A stretch of DNA of 57,572 nucleotides from Sphingobacteriia bacterium (GTDB taxonomy: Bacteria > Bacteroidota > Bacteroidia > Bacteroidales > UBA7960), in the NCBI GenBank assembly GCA_041642035.1, contig JBEPXC010000002.1:1-57572 (forward strand), given 5' to 3'. Within the stretch, counting starts at the first letter, position 1, and each line of letters starts with the position of its first letter. Both the position numbers and the translations under genes were made by a program. Of this stretch, positions 1-9,016 are shown one piece after another. The notes below the pieces were generated by a model, which was not told where the DNA came from, did no database searches, and worked only from the letters and a program-made list of their open reading frames with translations.

Positions 1-2
1 CC

Positions 3-2114
3 AACCGCATCAGAGACAAGGTATTATCGTATGGCGAGCTGCTCTCCTGCTCGATGATAGCCCATTTCATTGATCAGCACACCGGTCCGGCCATTTTTGC
101 CGATACACGCATGCTCATCCGCACCAACAGCCAGTATGGCAAGGCTACCATCGATGAGGCCGTCACCAACCAACAGATCAGGGATTTTGTAAACCGTAAT
201 CCGCTGGTCATCCATGTGTTTACCGGATTCATTGCTTCGAACGAAAAAGGTGAAACCACTACCCTGGGGCGTGGAGGATCAGATTACACGGCAGCCATCG
301 TGGGTGCCGCTATGGAGGTATCACAGATTCAAATCTGGACCGACGTGGATGGCATCATGACCGCCGACCCCAGGCTGGTAAAGAAGGCCTTCTCTATCCG
401 GCAGCTCTCCTATTATGAGGCCATTGAATTGTCGTATTTTGGTGCCAAGGTCATCCATCCGCCCACCATGATACCGGCGCAGGCAAAGAAAATACCCATC
501 CTGATCAAGAATACCTTCAATAAGGATTTCGAAGGAACCATTATAGGTCCTGATTACACTTCGAATGGATCATTGATCAAAGGGATATCGTTTATTCCGG
601 CCATCAGCCTCATCACCCTGCAGGGAAGTGGCATGGTTGGACAGAAAGGCTTCAGCGGACGTCTGTTCAAGACCCTTGCCGATGCCGGGGTGAATGTCAT
701 ACTGATTACCCAGGCCAGCTCGGAGCACAGCATCACCCTGGCGGTAAATCCTGCCGACATGGAACTGGCGGGTATTTCTATCAGGGAAGAGTTTGAACAG
801 GAGCTGGCACTGAAAAAGGTCATGCCTCCCCTGATCGAAAACAACTACAGCATCATTGCGGTAGTGGGTGAGAACATGCGCCACACCAAAGGTTTGTCGG
901 GCAAGTTCTTCAGCGCCCTGGGACGCAGCGGGGTAAACGTGGTGGCCATAGCGCAGGGGTCATCGGAGCTGAATATTTCGACCGTTATCGACCGGCAGGA
1001 CCTCTCCAAGGCCATGAACTCGGTGCACGACGCCATGTTCCTTTCGCCGGTAAAAACCCTCAATGTTTTTTGCTGCGGACTGGGCAACATCGGAAGCACC
1101 CTGCTCAGACAAATAGAAAGCCACCAGCAATACCTCGAAGAGCAACGGCAGGTAAAGATCAACCTCGCGGGCATCTGCAACAGCAAACGCATGTTCATCG
1201 ATGGCGAGGGCATCTCACCGGTACAATGGCGAAAGAGATTTGAGCAGGAAGGTCAGCAGGGCCGGGTGGAGCAATTTATCCAACAGGCCATCAGCCTGAA
1301 TCTGCCCAACTCGGTTTTTATCGACAATACCGGCAGTCCCAATGTAGCCAACCTTTATACGGGCTTGTTTGAAGAAAGCTTCTCGGTGGTTGCCTGCAAT
1401 AAAATCGGTGTGTCGGGCAGTTATCAGCACTATCACACCAGCAAGGAAAAAGCAAGGCAGTATGGTGTGGACTATTGGTACGAAACAGCAGTCGGTGCCG
1501 GCCTGCCCATCATAAAGACCATACACGACCTGCTGATAAGCGGCGATCGCATCATAAAGATAGAGGCGATCCTATCGGGTACTATTTCCTTTATCTTCAA
1601 CAACTATAAAGGCGATCGCACCCTTGAAGAGGTGGTCAGGGAAGCTCAGGAGAAAGGATTCACAGAACCCGATCCCCGCGATGACCTCAGTGGGCTCGAC
1701 TTTGCCCGTAAGATGCTTATCCTGGCGCGCGAGACCGGCATAGAACTGGAGATTGACCAGATAAGCCTGCAGCCCATTCTGCCCGAAAAATTATTAAAGG
1801 CGGAGTCGGTAGAAAAGTTTTATGACGAGCTGAAAGCTTCGGAAGAGCACTTCAGAGTCTGGAAGCTACAGGCAGAGAAAGAAAACAAAGCCCTGCACTT
1901 TGTGGGAACCCTTGAGGATGGGAAAGCCAACATAAAGCTGCTGATGCTCGATCCGGTGCATCCCTTTTACAACCTTACGGGCAGTGATAACATCATCTCC
2001 CTCACCACCAACAGATACCTTTACAACCCCATGGTCATCAAAGGACCGGGGGCAGGCGCCGAAGTTACTGCGGCAGGTGTACTGGCCGACCTGGTGAGGG
2101 TGGCAGCACAATAA
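3..2114 (+). CDS. thrA: bifunctional aspartate kinase / homoserine dehydrogenase (5' end cut by window edge)
   Basis: Frame 3 is open from nt 3 (NRIRDKVLSYGELLSCSMIAHF...), so the track Met at 54 is internal. Aspartokinase core TTLGRGGSDYTAAI, ACT-like segments, then the HSD Rossmann motif CCGLGNIGSTLL and C-terminal GPGAGAEVTAAGV. Followed by thrB and thrC. Confidence 0.95.
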   Translation, partial: NRIRDKVLSYGELLSCSMIAHFIDQHTGPAIFADTRMLIRTNSQYGKATIDEAVTNQQIRDFVNRNPLVIHVFTGFIASNEKGETTTLGRGGSDYTAAIVGAAMEVSQIQIWTDVDGIMTADPRLVKKAFSIRQLSYYEAIELSYFGAKVIHPPTMIPAQAKKIPILIKNTFNKDFEGTIIGPDYTSNGSLIKGISFIPAISLITLQGSGMVGQKGFSGRLFKTLADAGVNVILITQASSEHSITLAVNPADMELAGISIREEFEQELALKKVMPPLIENNYSIIAVVGENMRHTKGLSGKFFSALGRSGVNVVAIAQGSSELNISTVIDRQDLSKAMNSVHDAMFLSPVKTLNVFCCGLGNIGSTLLRQIESHQQYLEEQRQVKINLAGICNSKRMFIDGEGISPVQWRKRFEQEGQQGRVEQFIQQAISLNLPNSVFIDNTGSPNVANLYTGLFEESFSVVACNKIGVSGSYQHYHTSKEKARQYGVDYWYETAVGAGLPIIKTIHDLLISGDRIIKIEAILSGTISFIFNNYKGDRTLEEVVREAQEKGFTEPDPRDDLSGLDFARKMLILARETGIELEIDQISLQPILPEKLLKAESVEKFYDELKASEEHFRVWKLQAEKENKALHFVGTLEDGKANIKLLMLDPVHPFYNLTGSDNIISLTTNRYLYNPMVIKGPGAGAEVTAAGVLADLVRVAAQ

Positions 2115-2159
2115 GAATAATAAAAACCATGAATCAATTTATAAAAAAGAGAGAAGACC

Positions 2160-3086
2160 ATGCGATCAATAAGTGTATTTGCTCCGGCTACTGTGGCCAA
2201 TGTAAGCTGTGGATATGATGTACTGGGATTTGCCCTGGAACGTCCCGGCGACAAGGTAATCATGCATCTGAACGATAGCGCAGAGGTTACCCTCGACCAC
2301 ATTGAAGGCGACGAGGGACGCCTGCCTAGAGATCCGGACCAGAACATCGTCACGGCGGTGGTGAAATACTACCTTCAGAAGCGAAACATCACCCAGGGGG
2401 TCAGTGTGGAGTTGTATAAGCAAATGCCCTTTGGCAGCGGATTAGGCTCCAGCTCTGCCAGTTCGGTGGCCGGACTGGTGGCCATCAACGAGCTGATGGG
2501 CCGCCCCTACTCCCGCGAGCAGCTCTTGCCATTGGCCATGGAAGGCGAACGCCTGGCCTGTGGAAACGCCCATGCCGATAATGTGGCCCCTTCGCTGTTG
2601 GGTGGACTGGTTTTGATCCGCAGCTACGACCCTCTGGATGTGATCCGCCTGCCCTACCCCGAAACGTTGCGGGTGGGAATCCTATACCCTCATGTAGAAA
2701 TCCCCACCAGCGAAGCCCGGAAGATTCTAAAGTCGACGGTACCTATTGCCGATGCCATCAAGCAATGGGGCAATGTAGCGGGCCTGGTGGCCGGGTTCTG
2801 CACCAAAGACATCGGCCTGATTGCGCGCAGCATGGAAGATTATATCATTGAACCCATCCGGGCCATGCTTATCCCCCATTTCTACCAGATGCGCGATATT
2901 GCCATGCAAAACAACGCCCTGGGATTTGGCATCTCCGGCTCCGGCCCATCGGTCTTTACGCTGTGCCAGGACGAGGCCACCGCCACAAAGGTCGTCGCCC
3001 GGCTGGCCGCACACCTGAAAAAAGATGGAATCGATTCCAACCAGTATGTGTCGGGGATTAATGAGGTGGGAGCGCGGGTGGTTTAG
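2160..3086 (+). CDS. thrB: homoserine kinase
   Basis: 308 aa with GHMP-kinase motif PFGSGLGSSSASSVAG. Lies 45 nt downstream of thrA. Confidence 0.95.
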   Translation: MRSISVFAPATVANVSCGYDVLGFALERPGDKVIMHLNDSAEVTLDHIEGDEGRLPRDPDQNIVTAVVKYYLQKRNITQGVSVELYKQMPFGSGLGSSSASSVAGLVAINELMGRPYSREQLLPLAMEGERLACGNAHADNVAPSLLGGLVLIRSYDPLDVIRLPYPETLRVGILYPHVEIPTSEARKILKSTVPIADAIKQWGNVAGLVAGFCTKDIGLIARSMEDYIIEPIRAMLIPHFYQMRDIAMQNNALGFGISGSGPSVFTLCQDEATATKVVARLAAHLKKDGIDSNQYVSGINEVGARVV

Positions 3087-3100
3087 GGGGTTTAGGGTTT

Positions 3101-3253
3101 AATCGTTGAGTCCACTCCGAAAAGTACAAGACCCCCGGCCCCCTGGAAGGGGGAGTTCGCAACTAATAGATATTGTGCAAGACGGAATGCTTTTACCTCT
3201 TTTAATTCCCAAAAAATGGCTTTACAGAGGGGGCTCATCGTTGAATCGTTGAT
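3101..3253 (+). repeat. intergenic repeat element, copy A (second copy at 13732-13868)
   Basis: Aligns by eye over its whole length with 13732-13868 in the same orientation, roughly 75-80 percent identical. Shared blocks are aatcgttga, a GC hairpin ccccctgg(a/g)aggggg, tcgcaact, attgtgcaaga, cccaaaaa(a)tg.ctttacagag and atcgttga. Confidence 0.8.
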
Positions 3254-3453
3254 CAAAGAGATCGAAGCTGGAAGGAAGAGACCAGAAGACTTTTCGTAGG
3301 ACATGCCATTCCCCGTTTCTTCTTTCTGAGCGCAGATGACACACCGATAACAAGAAACAATGAACAAGAAACAATAAACAACCCAGACGTTTCCATGTCC
3401 TCCGGACGATGGAAAGTCTTCTCAAACAAATGAACAACTCAACAATTAAAAAA

Positions 3454-4758
3454 ATGCTACTCCACACCACCAACCACAAAACCCGATTAGTTGCCCTGCC
3501 CTACGCGGTATTGAAAGGCCTTGCCGATGATGGCGGGTTGTATATGCCACTGCATATCCCGCAGTTGGGGGCAAACTTCTTTGACAATTATTCCCAGATG
3601 ACGCTCAGGGAAATAGCCTACGAGGTGGCTTCGGCCTTTCTGAAAGACGAGTTACCTTCCGATGTGCTGAAAGACCTGGTGGATGACACCATGAACTTCG
3701 ACATCCCCCTGGTACAGCTGGAAGACAATCTTTTTGTCCTGGAGCTTTTTCATGGTCCTACCATGGCGTTTAAAGATGTGGGTGCACGGTTTATGTCGAG
3801 GCTGATGGCTTATCTGCTCAGGGATGAAAAGCGAAAGCTGAAGGTGGTGGTGGCTACCTCGGGCGATACCGGCAGTGCAGTGGCAGCGGGTTTTTTCGAT
3901 GTTCCCGGCATCGATGTGTATGTATTGTTTCCAAAAGGAAAGATCAGCCCCTTGCAGCAAAAGCAGATTACCACCTGGGGACACAACATCACGCCCATAG
4001 AAATTGACGGCACCTTCGATGATTGCCAGAAAATGGCCAAACAGGTGCTGGGCGACACCCAGCTCAATGAGGCGTTCCTGATTACCTCGGCCAACAGCAT
4101 CAACATTGCCCGCCTGATTCCTCAAAGCTTTTATTATTTCTATGCTGCATCCAGGCTCAGGGAGCACGATCGTCCGGTGGCCTTCAGCGTTCCCAGCGGC
4201 AATTTCGGCAACCTTACGGCAGGTCTGCTGGCTTCGGCCATGGGACTCGAAGTGGAACGTTTCGTAGCGGCCACCAACCGCAACGATGTAGTACCCCAGT
4301 ATTGTGAAACAGCCAACTTCACACCCCGCCCCTCGGTGCAAACCATCAGCAATGCCATGGACGTGGGAAATCCAAGCAACTTTTCGAGGATGATGGATCT
4401 GTTTGACGGACGGCATGAGGAATTCTGCCGGACTATCTTTGCCTGTTCCTTTTCCGACGAGCAAACCAGGGAAACCATACACAGGATACTTGAGGCTAAA
4501 AATTACCTGATGGATCCCCATGGTGCCGTGGCATATAGGGGGGCTGAGACCTACCTGAAAGCAACGCAATCGGCTGCCAACATGGTGATACTGGAAACGG
4601 CCCATCCGGCCAAATTCCCTGAAACCTTGAAGATATACATGGAGAAATTCGACTCCTTACCCCAGCAGTTACAATATGTAAGTGAAAAGCTCGAACAGTT
4701 TATCTCGCTGGATAACGATTATGAGGCGCTGAAGGGGTTTTTGCTGAGTGATGGGTGA
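3454..4758 (+). CDS. thrC: threonine synthase
   Basis: PLP-lysine motif HGPTMAFKDVG, plus SGDTGSAVAAGF. The start is ambiguous: the track ATG at 3409 lies inside a repeat hairpin (tttccat/atggaaa). ATG 3430 or 3454 (MLLHTTNHK...) gives a typical ~434-442 aa product. Confidence 0.92.
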   Translation: MLLHTTNHKTRLVALPYAVLKGLADDGGLYMPLHIPQLGANFFDNYSQMTLREIAYEVASAFLKDELPSDVLKDLVDDTMNFDIPLVQLEDNLFVLELFHGPTMAFKDVGARFMSRLMAYLLRDEKRKLKVVVATSGDTGSAVAAGFFDVPGIDVYVLFPKGKISPLQQKQITTWGHNITPIEIDGTFDDCQKMAKQVLGDTQLNEAFLITSANSINIARLIPQSFYYFYAASRLREHDRPVAFSVPSGNFGNLTAGLLASAMGLEVERFVAATNRNDVVPQYCETANFTPRPSVQTISNAMDVGNPSNFSRMMDLFDGRHEEFCRTIFACSFSDEQTRETIHRILEAKNYLMDPHGAVAYRGAETYLKATQSAANMVILETAHPAKFPETLKIYMEKFDSLPQQLQYVSEKLEQFISLDNDYEALKGFLLSDG

Positions 4759-4784
4759 AAACTAAAAACTCATATATAATAAAT

Positions 4785-4846
4785 GCTGGAAGCTCGAAGC
4801 TGGAGGCTGGAAGAAAAAGAAAGGGAAGACTTTCCATGTCTTGAAC
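4785..4846 (+). repeat. heptamer microsatellite (gctggaa-like x4) plus 16-nt module tttccatgtcttgaac
   Basis: gctggaa gctcgaa gctggag gctggaa at 4785-4812. tttccatgtcttgaac at 4831-4846 is identical to 13905-13920. The same heptamer is repeated x3 at 13700-13722, with 1.5 units at 9781-9793. Confidence 0.8.
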
Positions 4847-4860
4847 CACGCAAAACGCGA

Positions 4861-4894
4861 AAAGGGAGGTCGCCTATGCAACCTCCCTTTTATA
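4861..4894. terminator. bidirectional stem-loop between convergent thrC and the OmpA-family gene
   Basis: Perfect 10-bp stem aaagggaggt (4861-4870) / acctcccttt (4881-4890) with a 10-nt loop. T-rich flank on the + strand (tttta) and ttttcgcgtttt on the - strand. Confidence 0.75.
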
Positions 4895-4914
4895 TAAGAT
4901 TCTTCTTACAAATG

Positions 4915-6942
4915 CTATTCCTTGGCAGGAATAACTTCAATGATTACACAACGGTTATAAAAACGTTCCTCAGGAAACTTGTTCTTGAATTGCGACACCT
5001 TGGTGTTTTCCCCTAGGCCTTTGGATACAAAGGTGACATCTGTTCTTTCTGCATTAGCCAATGCTTTTTCCAAAATACCTTTGACATCATTAGCCCTGGC
5101 CAATGAGAGGGTCTTATTGTTATCGGCATCACCAATCACATCGGTATACCCTGAAAGATTAACCTGCGCACCTTCAGAAATTTCAGGTGTTACAACATCG
5201 GTTAGATACTTTACATAGGTTGGGCTAAGTGTACTTTGATCGAATCCATAAATTACACTATACCGTAGACCGGGTTTGAGTTCTGAGAGAGCCCAGAGTT
5301 TCATGGCAAAGGAAGCATCTTTTTTCACCGTCTTTCCACTTTTGGTTTCACCAATCAGGGTAACCTTAAAGTTGCCCTGGGGTGTTGTACCCAGAATAGA
5401 TTTTCCGGGGATACTTTGGCTTTCGCCGGTAAAGGGACCAAAATTCTTTACCATTCCCTTGTCGTCGGTAATATCTAAAGACCATGTTTTAAAAGCCTTG
5501 TCGGCACCTTCTACATTAAAAGTCACATAGCTATCGGTGGGAGCAACCTGCAGCACTTCAACAGGTTCGGCACGAAACACCCTATGAATCTCGGGCGATG
5601 TGCTTGTAATAGAAACCCTGTTATCCTCCTGGCGAAGCAGCGCAAGTTCATGGGTTCCACTCATAAACTCTGATGAAACGGTAGGATCTACAGCGCCTTC
5701 GGTAGTAATTCTCGCAGGAGCAATACCAAATACAGACACCAAATAGTGTTTAACCGATTCGGCCATCTCCTTACCATCTTTGGCACCGGTTAAAGTAGAG
5801 CCTTTTAGGGTGATTCTGGTTGAGGGAAAGCGAATCATACGGTCACCCAGGATATTTAGAACATTGTAATAAACATCCATCTCACCCACCAAACGATCTG
5901 AAGTCGACTGAGGCGTAAGCTCCTCCATATGTCCTTCCTTAACCTGTTGCTTATTAAGTAAAACGTAACGGGTAGGTATTTCATTTGAGTTTACATCGAA
6001 GAAAACATAGTTAAGAACGGGAATAATTTCACTTACCCTACGTTCCAACGGGAGGTTGGCTGGCGAAAAGACGCTAAACTCTACCTCAGGTTCAGCAACC
6101 ACCACTGGCAATGGCCTTTCGGTAGCAGCTTCAACAGGTAGTACTGTTTTTTTGCCACGGCCAAACTTAATGGCAGCACCTACCCTCAGGGTAGACAATG
6201 TCCATGTTTCAACCGAACGGGGATTTTGCCCAAAATAAGGTTGAAAGGAGACGAAGGGCGACACCACCCACTGGGTTTTCTTATCCTGCGAAGAAAGATA
6301 GATGTCGTAACCGGCACCTACCTGCATAGAAAGAAGCATGCTTTCTACTTCACTGAAATCGGCTGTTACATCATCCGCTGGGGCCTGATCAGGATAAAGA
6401 GGATTAATACCAAGTTTATACGTGAATGATTTGTTTAGATTAAAAGCCATACGCGGTCCGGCATACAAGTAGAAGTCAGACTTAAAGGGGGCTAAGCGTA
6501 AGCTGGGCTCAAGGGTAATATACGACAAGTTGGCATATAAGTCGGCGGGGCAATTACAGGGAGTAGTTACCTGATCGAACGAACCGCTGCGTCCATCATA
6601 TCCTGCCTGAAACATAAATCCAAACAGGGTATTGGGACGATAATACTCAATGAGCGGTGCAAGGTATAAACCCAGGCCGCTTCCATGCAAAAATGCTTTA
6701 GGAACGAAAAGATCCGCATTCAGATTCTGGGTAGTACCACGATAAAAGTTAAGGTTAGCACCGGCGGCAACACCAAACCAAAGCGAAGGCCTGGTATAGG
6801 TATCCTGGGTGGTTGCATCCTGAGCCTGAAGTGGCGCATGAACTGCAGCCATAAACAAAGCACTTAATACCATCCCTTTTACAACCCGTTTAAACGGGCG
6901 AAACCCCTGGCGTGAAATCTTAGAATATATTTTCTGTATCAT
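4915..6942 (-). CDS. OmpA-family outer membrane protein (N-terminal beta-barrel-like region, C-terminal OmpA/peptidoglycan-binding domain)
   Basis: Signal peptide ...ALFMAAVHAPLQAQ. N-terminal half is rich in aromatic-terminated strands. C-terminal OmpA-like motif NLSGYTDVIGDADNNKTLSLARANDVKGIL. Confidence 0.85.
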   Translation of the reverse strand: MIQKIYSKISRQGFRPFKRVVKGMVLSALFMAAVHAPLQAQDATTQDTYTRPSLWFGVAAGANLNFYRGTTQNLNADLFVPKAFLHGSGLGLYLAPLIEYYRPNTLFGFMFQAGYDGRSGSFDQVTTPCNCPADLYANLSYITLEPSLRLAPFKSDFYLYAGPRMAFNLNKSFTYKLGINPLYPDQAPADDVTADFSEVESMLLSMQVGAGYDIYLSSQDKKTQWVVSPFVSFQPYFGQNPRSVETWTLSTLRVGAAIKFGRGKKTVLPVEAATERPLPVVVAEPEVEFSVFSPANLPLERRVSEIIPVLNYVFFDVNSNEIPTRYVLLNKQQVKEGHMEELTPQSTSDRLVGEMDVYYNVLNILGDRMIRFPSTRITLKGSTLTGAKDGKEMAESVKHYLVSVFGIAPARITTEGAVDPTVSSEFMSGTHELALLRQEDNRVSITSTSPEIHRVFRAEPVEVLQVAPTDSYVTFNVEGADKAFKTWSLDITDDKGMVKNFGPFTGESQSIPGKSILGTTPQGNFKVTLIGETKSGKTVKKDASFAMKLWALSELKPGLRYSVIYGFDQSTLSPTYVKYLTDVVTPEISEGAQVNLSGYTDVIGDADNNKTLSLARANDVKGILEKALANAERTDVTFVSKGLGENTKVSQFKNKFPEERFYNRCVIIEVIPAKE

Positions 6943-6989
6943 TTTTTTTATAACATTAACATCTGATTAATATTGAATAAAGGTCAGAA

Positions 6990-7019
6990 AATCACCCCTT
7001 ATGTAATATAAGGGGGATT
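6990..7019 (-). terminator. stem-loop downstream of the DUF3494 lipoprotein gene
   Basis: ccccttat (6995-7002) pairs with ataagggg (7008-7015), with a further 4 bp after one bulge. On the - strand it is followed by tgattttctg. Confidence 0.5.
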
Positions 7020-7031
7020 CTCTGATGTAAA

Positions 7032-8798
7032 TCAAGGCTTGGTTACCGTACTGGCATCAAGGGTGACGCCTGATTGCGACAACAATCGGCCAAAAACAGT
7101 AGTACCATCGGTTATGGATATCAGCGTTTGAGCCAGTATATTTCCACTGAAATGTACATTGGAGCCAAGAAGAGCCTGGGTTGAAGTAATCCAGAAAATA
7201 TTACCTGCCTGTGCTCCACCCGTCAAGGTAATTTTGGCGTCGTTCTGTATGGTGAAATCATCGGAGATCTGGAATACCCAGGTATCGTTTGGTCCACCAG
7301 AAAGAGTAACACCCTCATTGGTAATCAGCAGACCTGTTCCCCATTTGTAAAGGGCAGGAGCAAGTGTCATTCCACTGATATCGCCGGCACCTAAATCGAC
7401 AATTACGTTGGTTGTTAGGCCCATTGCGGTAGTAAATGCCGTTTCCTGATCGCTAACAGCTGTTGAAACATAATCAGGGGTAGGATCCAGGTAATCGCTT
7501 GCATAAATACGGCCTACAACATAAATAGATGTTGAGAAAGTACCCGAAGCATCCATGGTTTCCGAAAATCCGGTAATGGCCGTTTGGTCGATTGGGCTAA
7601 CTCCAATATGGCCGGTAACCAGCGTATTACCAGTGGTTGAAATACCCGTTTTTGAAAGTATTGCAAAGTCATCACTACTTCCAAGGTCAATTATACCCGG
7701 ACCTATAGCAACATCAAATTCCCCGGTGGAGAATGACCACACAAAGTCATAAGCCAATGCAGTGCCTGCAAGATTTTCAGCCTCTGTTGTAATGGTAGCG
7801 GTATAGGTTTTATCGGCCTCAAGATCGCTGTTGGGCGTAAATGTGGCGGTTGTACCTGCATAATCAATTGTTCCCTGAATTTGTGTTGCACCGGTATATA
7901 ATGTAAACGATGATGCAGTCAAAGTTAAAGGATCCATCTCCATGCTGAAGTTGGCACTTATAACCTGATCAAGATTTACAAAAGTAGCCATGTGCTGGGG
8001 AATCGTTGAGGTAACCGTTGGGGAAAGCTTTGCTGTAGCAAAAGTCCATGCATAAGCCTGGGCAAGGGGTGTACCTTCAAGGTTTGCAGCATCAGCCGTA
8101 ATAGTCGCTGTATAGGTTTTATCCAATGAAAGCGCGCTTGAAGGCGTAAATTTTGCCGTGGTGCCAGCATAGCTCACTTCACCATCAACAGGAGTAGCAC
8201 CATCCATCAGGGTAAATGTAGATGATGTAATGGTAAGAGGATCCATTTCCATGCTGAAATTGGCGCTTACCACCTTATAAATATTCACACCTGCGGTTAA
8301 ATCGACAGGATCGGCAGAGCTTACCACAGGAACAATAACTGCACCTGTTGCAAAGCTCCACACATGGTTGGTTTGCAAGGCATTCCCTATCTGATCCATA
8401 ACAGCTTCTTCAATGGTACAGGTATAGGTGGTGCTCTCTTGCAGAGGGCTTGTAGGAGTAAACGTGGCCGTTACCCCTGAGAAGGTTACCGTTCCTGCAA
8501 TGATGTTTACCGCTTGTGTAGATGCAGTACTTTTTTCCTGTTTCAATGCTTTTTCTGCTACGGCCTCGACGGTAAAAGAAGCCTGTGAAAAAGTCTGAGG
8601 ATTCATTTCCACATTAAAAGTGGCTGTAATAATCTGGTCTGTCGGCACGTTGATCTGCAGATTTTCCGGACTTGTGGATACTACAAGTGGGCAAACACCG
8701 ATCTCTTCGATGTTTTCGTCCTTGCAACTGTTCATAAAAGGCACGATCAGAAGCAATGAAGCCAGTGTGACCATTCCTAACCTTTTTGTTGTAATCAT
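7032..8798 (-). CDS. surface lipoprotein: three Ig-like (SbsA/Big_5-like) repeats plus C-terminal DUF3494 ice-binding-like beta-solenoid domain
   Basis: Lipobox LLIVPFMNSC. Three ~100-aa repeats; repeats 2 and 3 share SANFSMEMDPLT.T.S.FTL..GAT...G...YAGTTA.FTP.S.L..DKTYTATIT. C-terminal FAILSKTGISTTGNTLVTGHIGVSPIDQTAITGF ... GGAQAGNIFW ... GNILAQTLISITDGTTVFGRLLSQSGVTLD matches the DUF3494 pattern. Confidence 0.75.
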   Translation of the reverse strand: MITTKRLGMVTLASLLLIVPFMNSCKDENIEEIGVCPLVVSTSPENLQINVPTDQIITATFNVEMNPQTFSQASFTVEAVAEKALKQEKSTASTQAVNIIAGTVTFSGVTATFTPTSPLQESTTYTCTIEEAVMDQIGNALQTNHVWSFATGAVIVPVVSSADPVDLTAGVNIYKVVSANFSMEMDPLTITSSTFTLMDGATPVDGEVSYAGTTAKFTPSSALSLDKTYTATITADAANLEGTPLAQAYAWTFATAKLSPTVTSTIPQHMATFVNLDQVISANFSMEMDPLTLTASSFTLYTGATQIQGTIDYAGTTATFTPNSDLEADKTYTATITTEAENLAGTALAYDFVWSFSTGEFDVAIGPGIIDLGSSDDFAILSKTGISTTGNTLVTGHIGVSPIDQTAITGFSETMDASGTFSTSIYVVGRIYASDYLDPTPDYVSTAVSDQETAFTTAMGLTTNVIVDLGAGDISGMTLAPALYKWGTGLLITNEGVTLSGGPNDTWVFQISDDFTIQNDAKITLTGGAQAGNIFWITSTQALLGSNVHFSGNILAQTLISITDGTTVFGRLLSQSGVTLDASTVTKP

Positions 8799-8904
8799 AA
8801 GTTGTTGTTTTTTTTTGTTACGGTGATATATTTTTGCCGGTAAATTACCGGGTATTATCCACTGATTAGCGGCTTACAAAGGTGACTCTGCTCATTGGCC
8901 AAAG

Positions 8905-8930
8905 GGTGGTTGAGCGGAGCCGAAACCACC
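8905..8930. repeat. 26-nt hairpin repeat (inverted identical copy at 12018-12043)
   Basis: ggtggttgagcggagccgaaaccacc has a 7-bp stem ggtggtt/aaccacc with a 12-nt loop. Its exact reverse complement occurs at 12018-12043. Confidence 0.85.
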
Positions 8931-9016
8931 TTAAAGCTTATGGTTTAACTCAACTTAATTGAAGGTTCGTTGTTCTTTTAGTATGGAGATATTTTAACCC
9001 TAAAAAACACAAATGT

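Noticed and set aside
3082-3100. Telomere-like tttaggg units at the thrB stop
   Set aside because: There are only two units and they overlap the end of the thrB coding sequence. This is too short to be meaningful on its own, so it is noted only as part of the module vocabulary.
3652-4605. 317-aa ORF antisense to thrC
   Set aside because: It is fully embedded opposite a gene with clear threonine synthase motifs. It has no recognisable motifs of its own and is a typical shadow ORF in relatively GC-rich coding DNA.
8855-8863. DnaA-box-like ttatccact, and the idea that the AT-rich 20160-20475 tract or the parAB neighbourhood marks oriC
   Set aside because: There is a single 8-of-9 match with no cluster of boxes. 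No dnaA or dnaN gene is in the window, and the AT-rich tract has no DnaA boxes that I can see.
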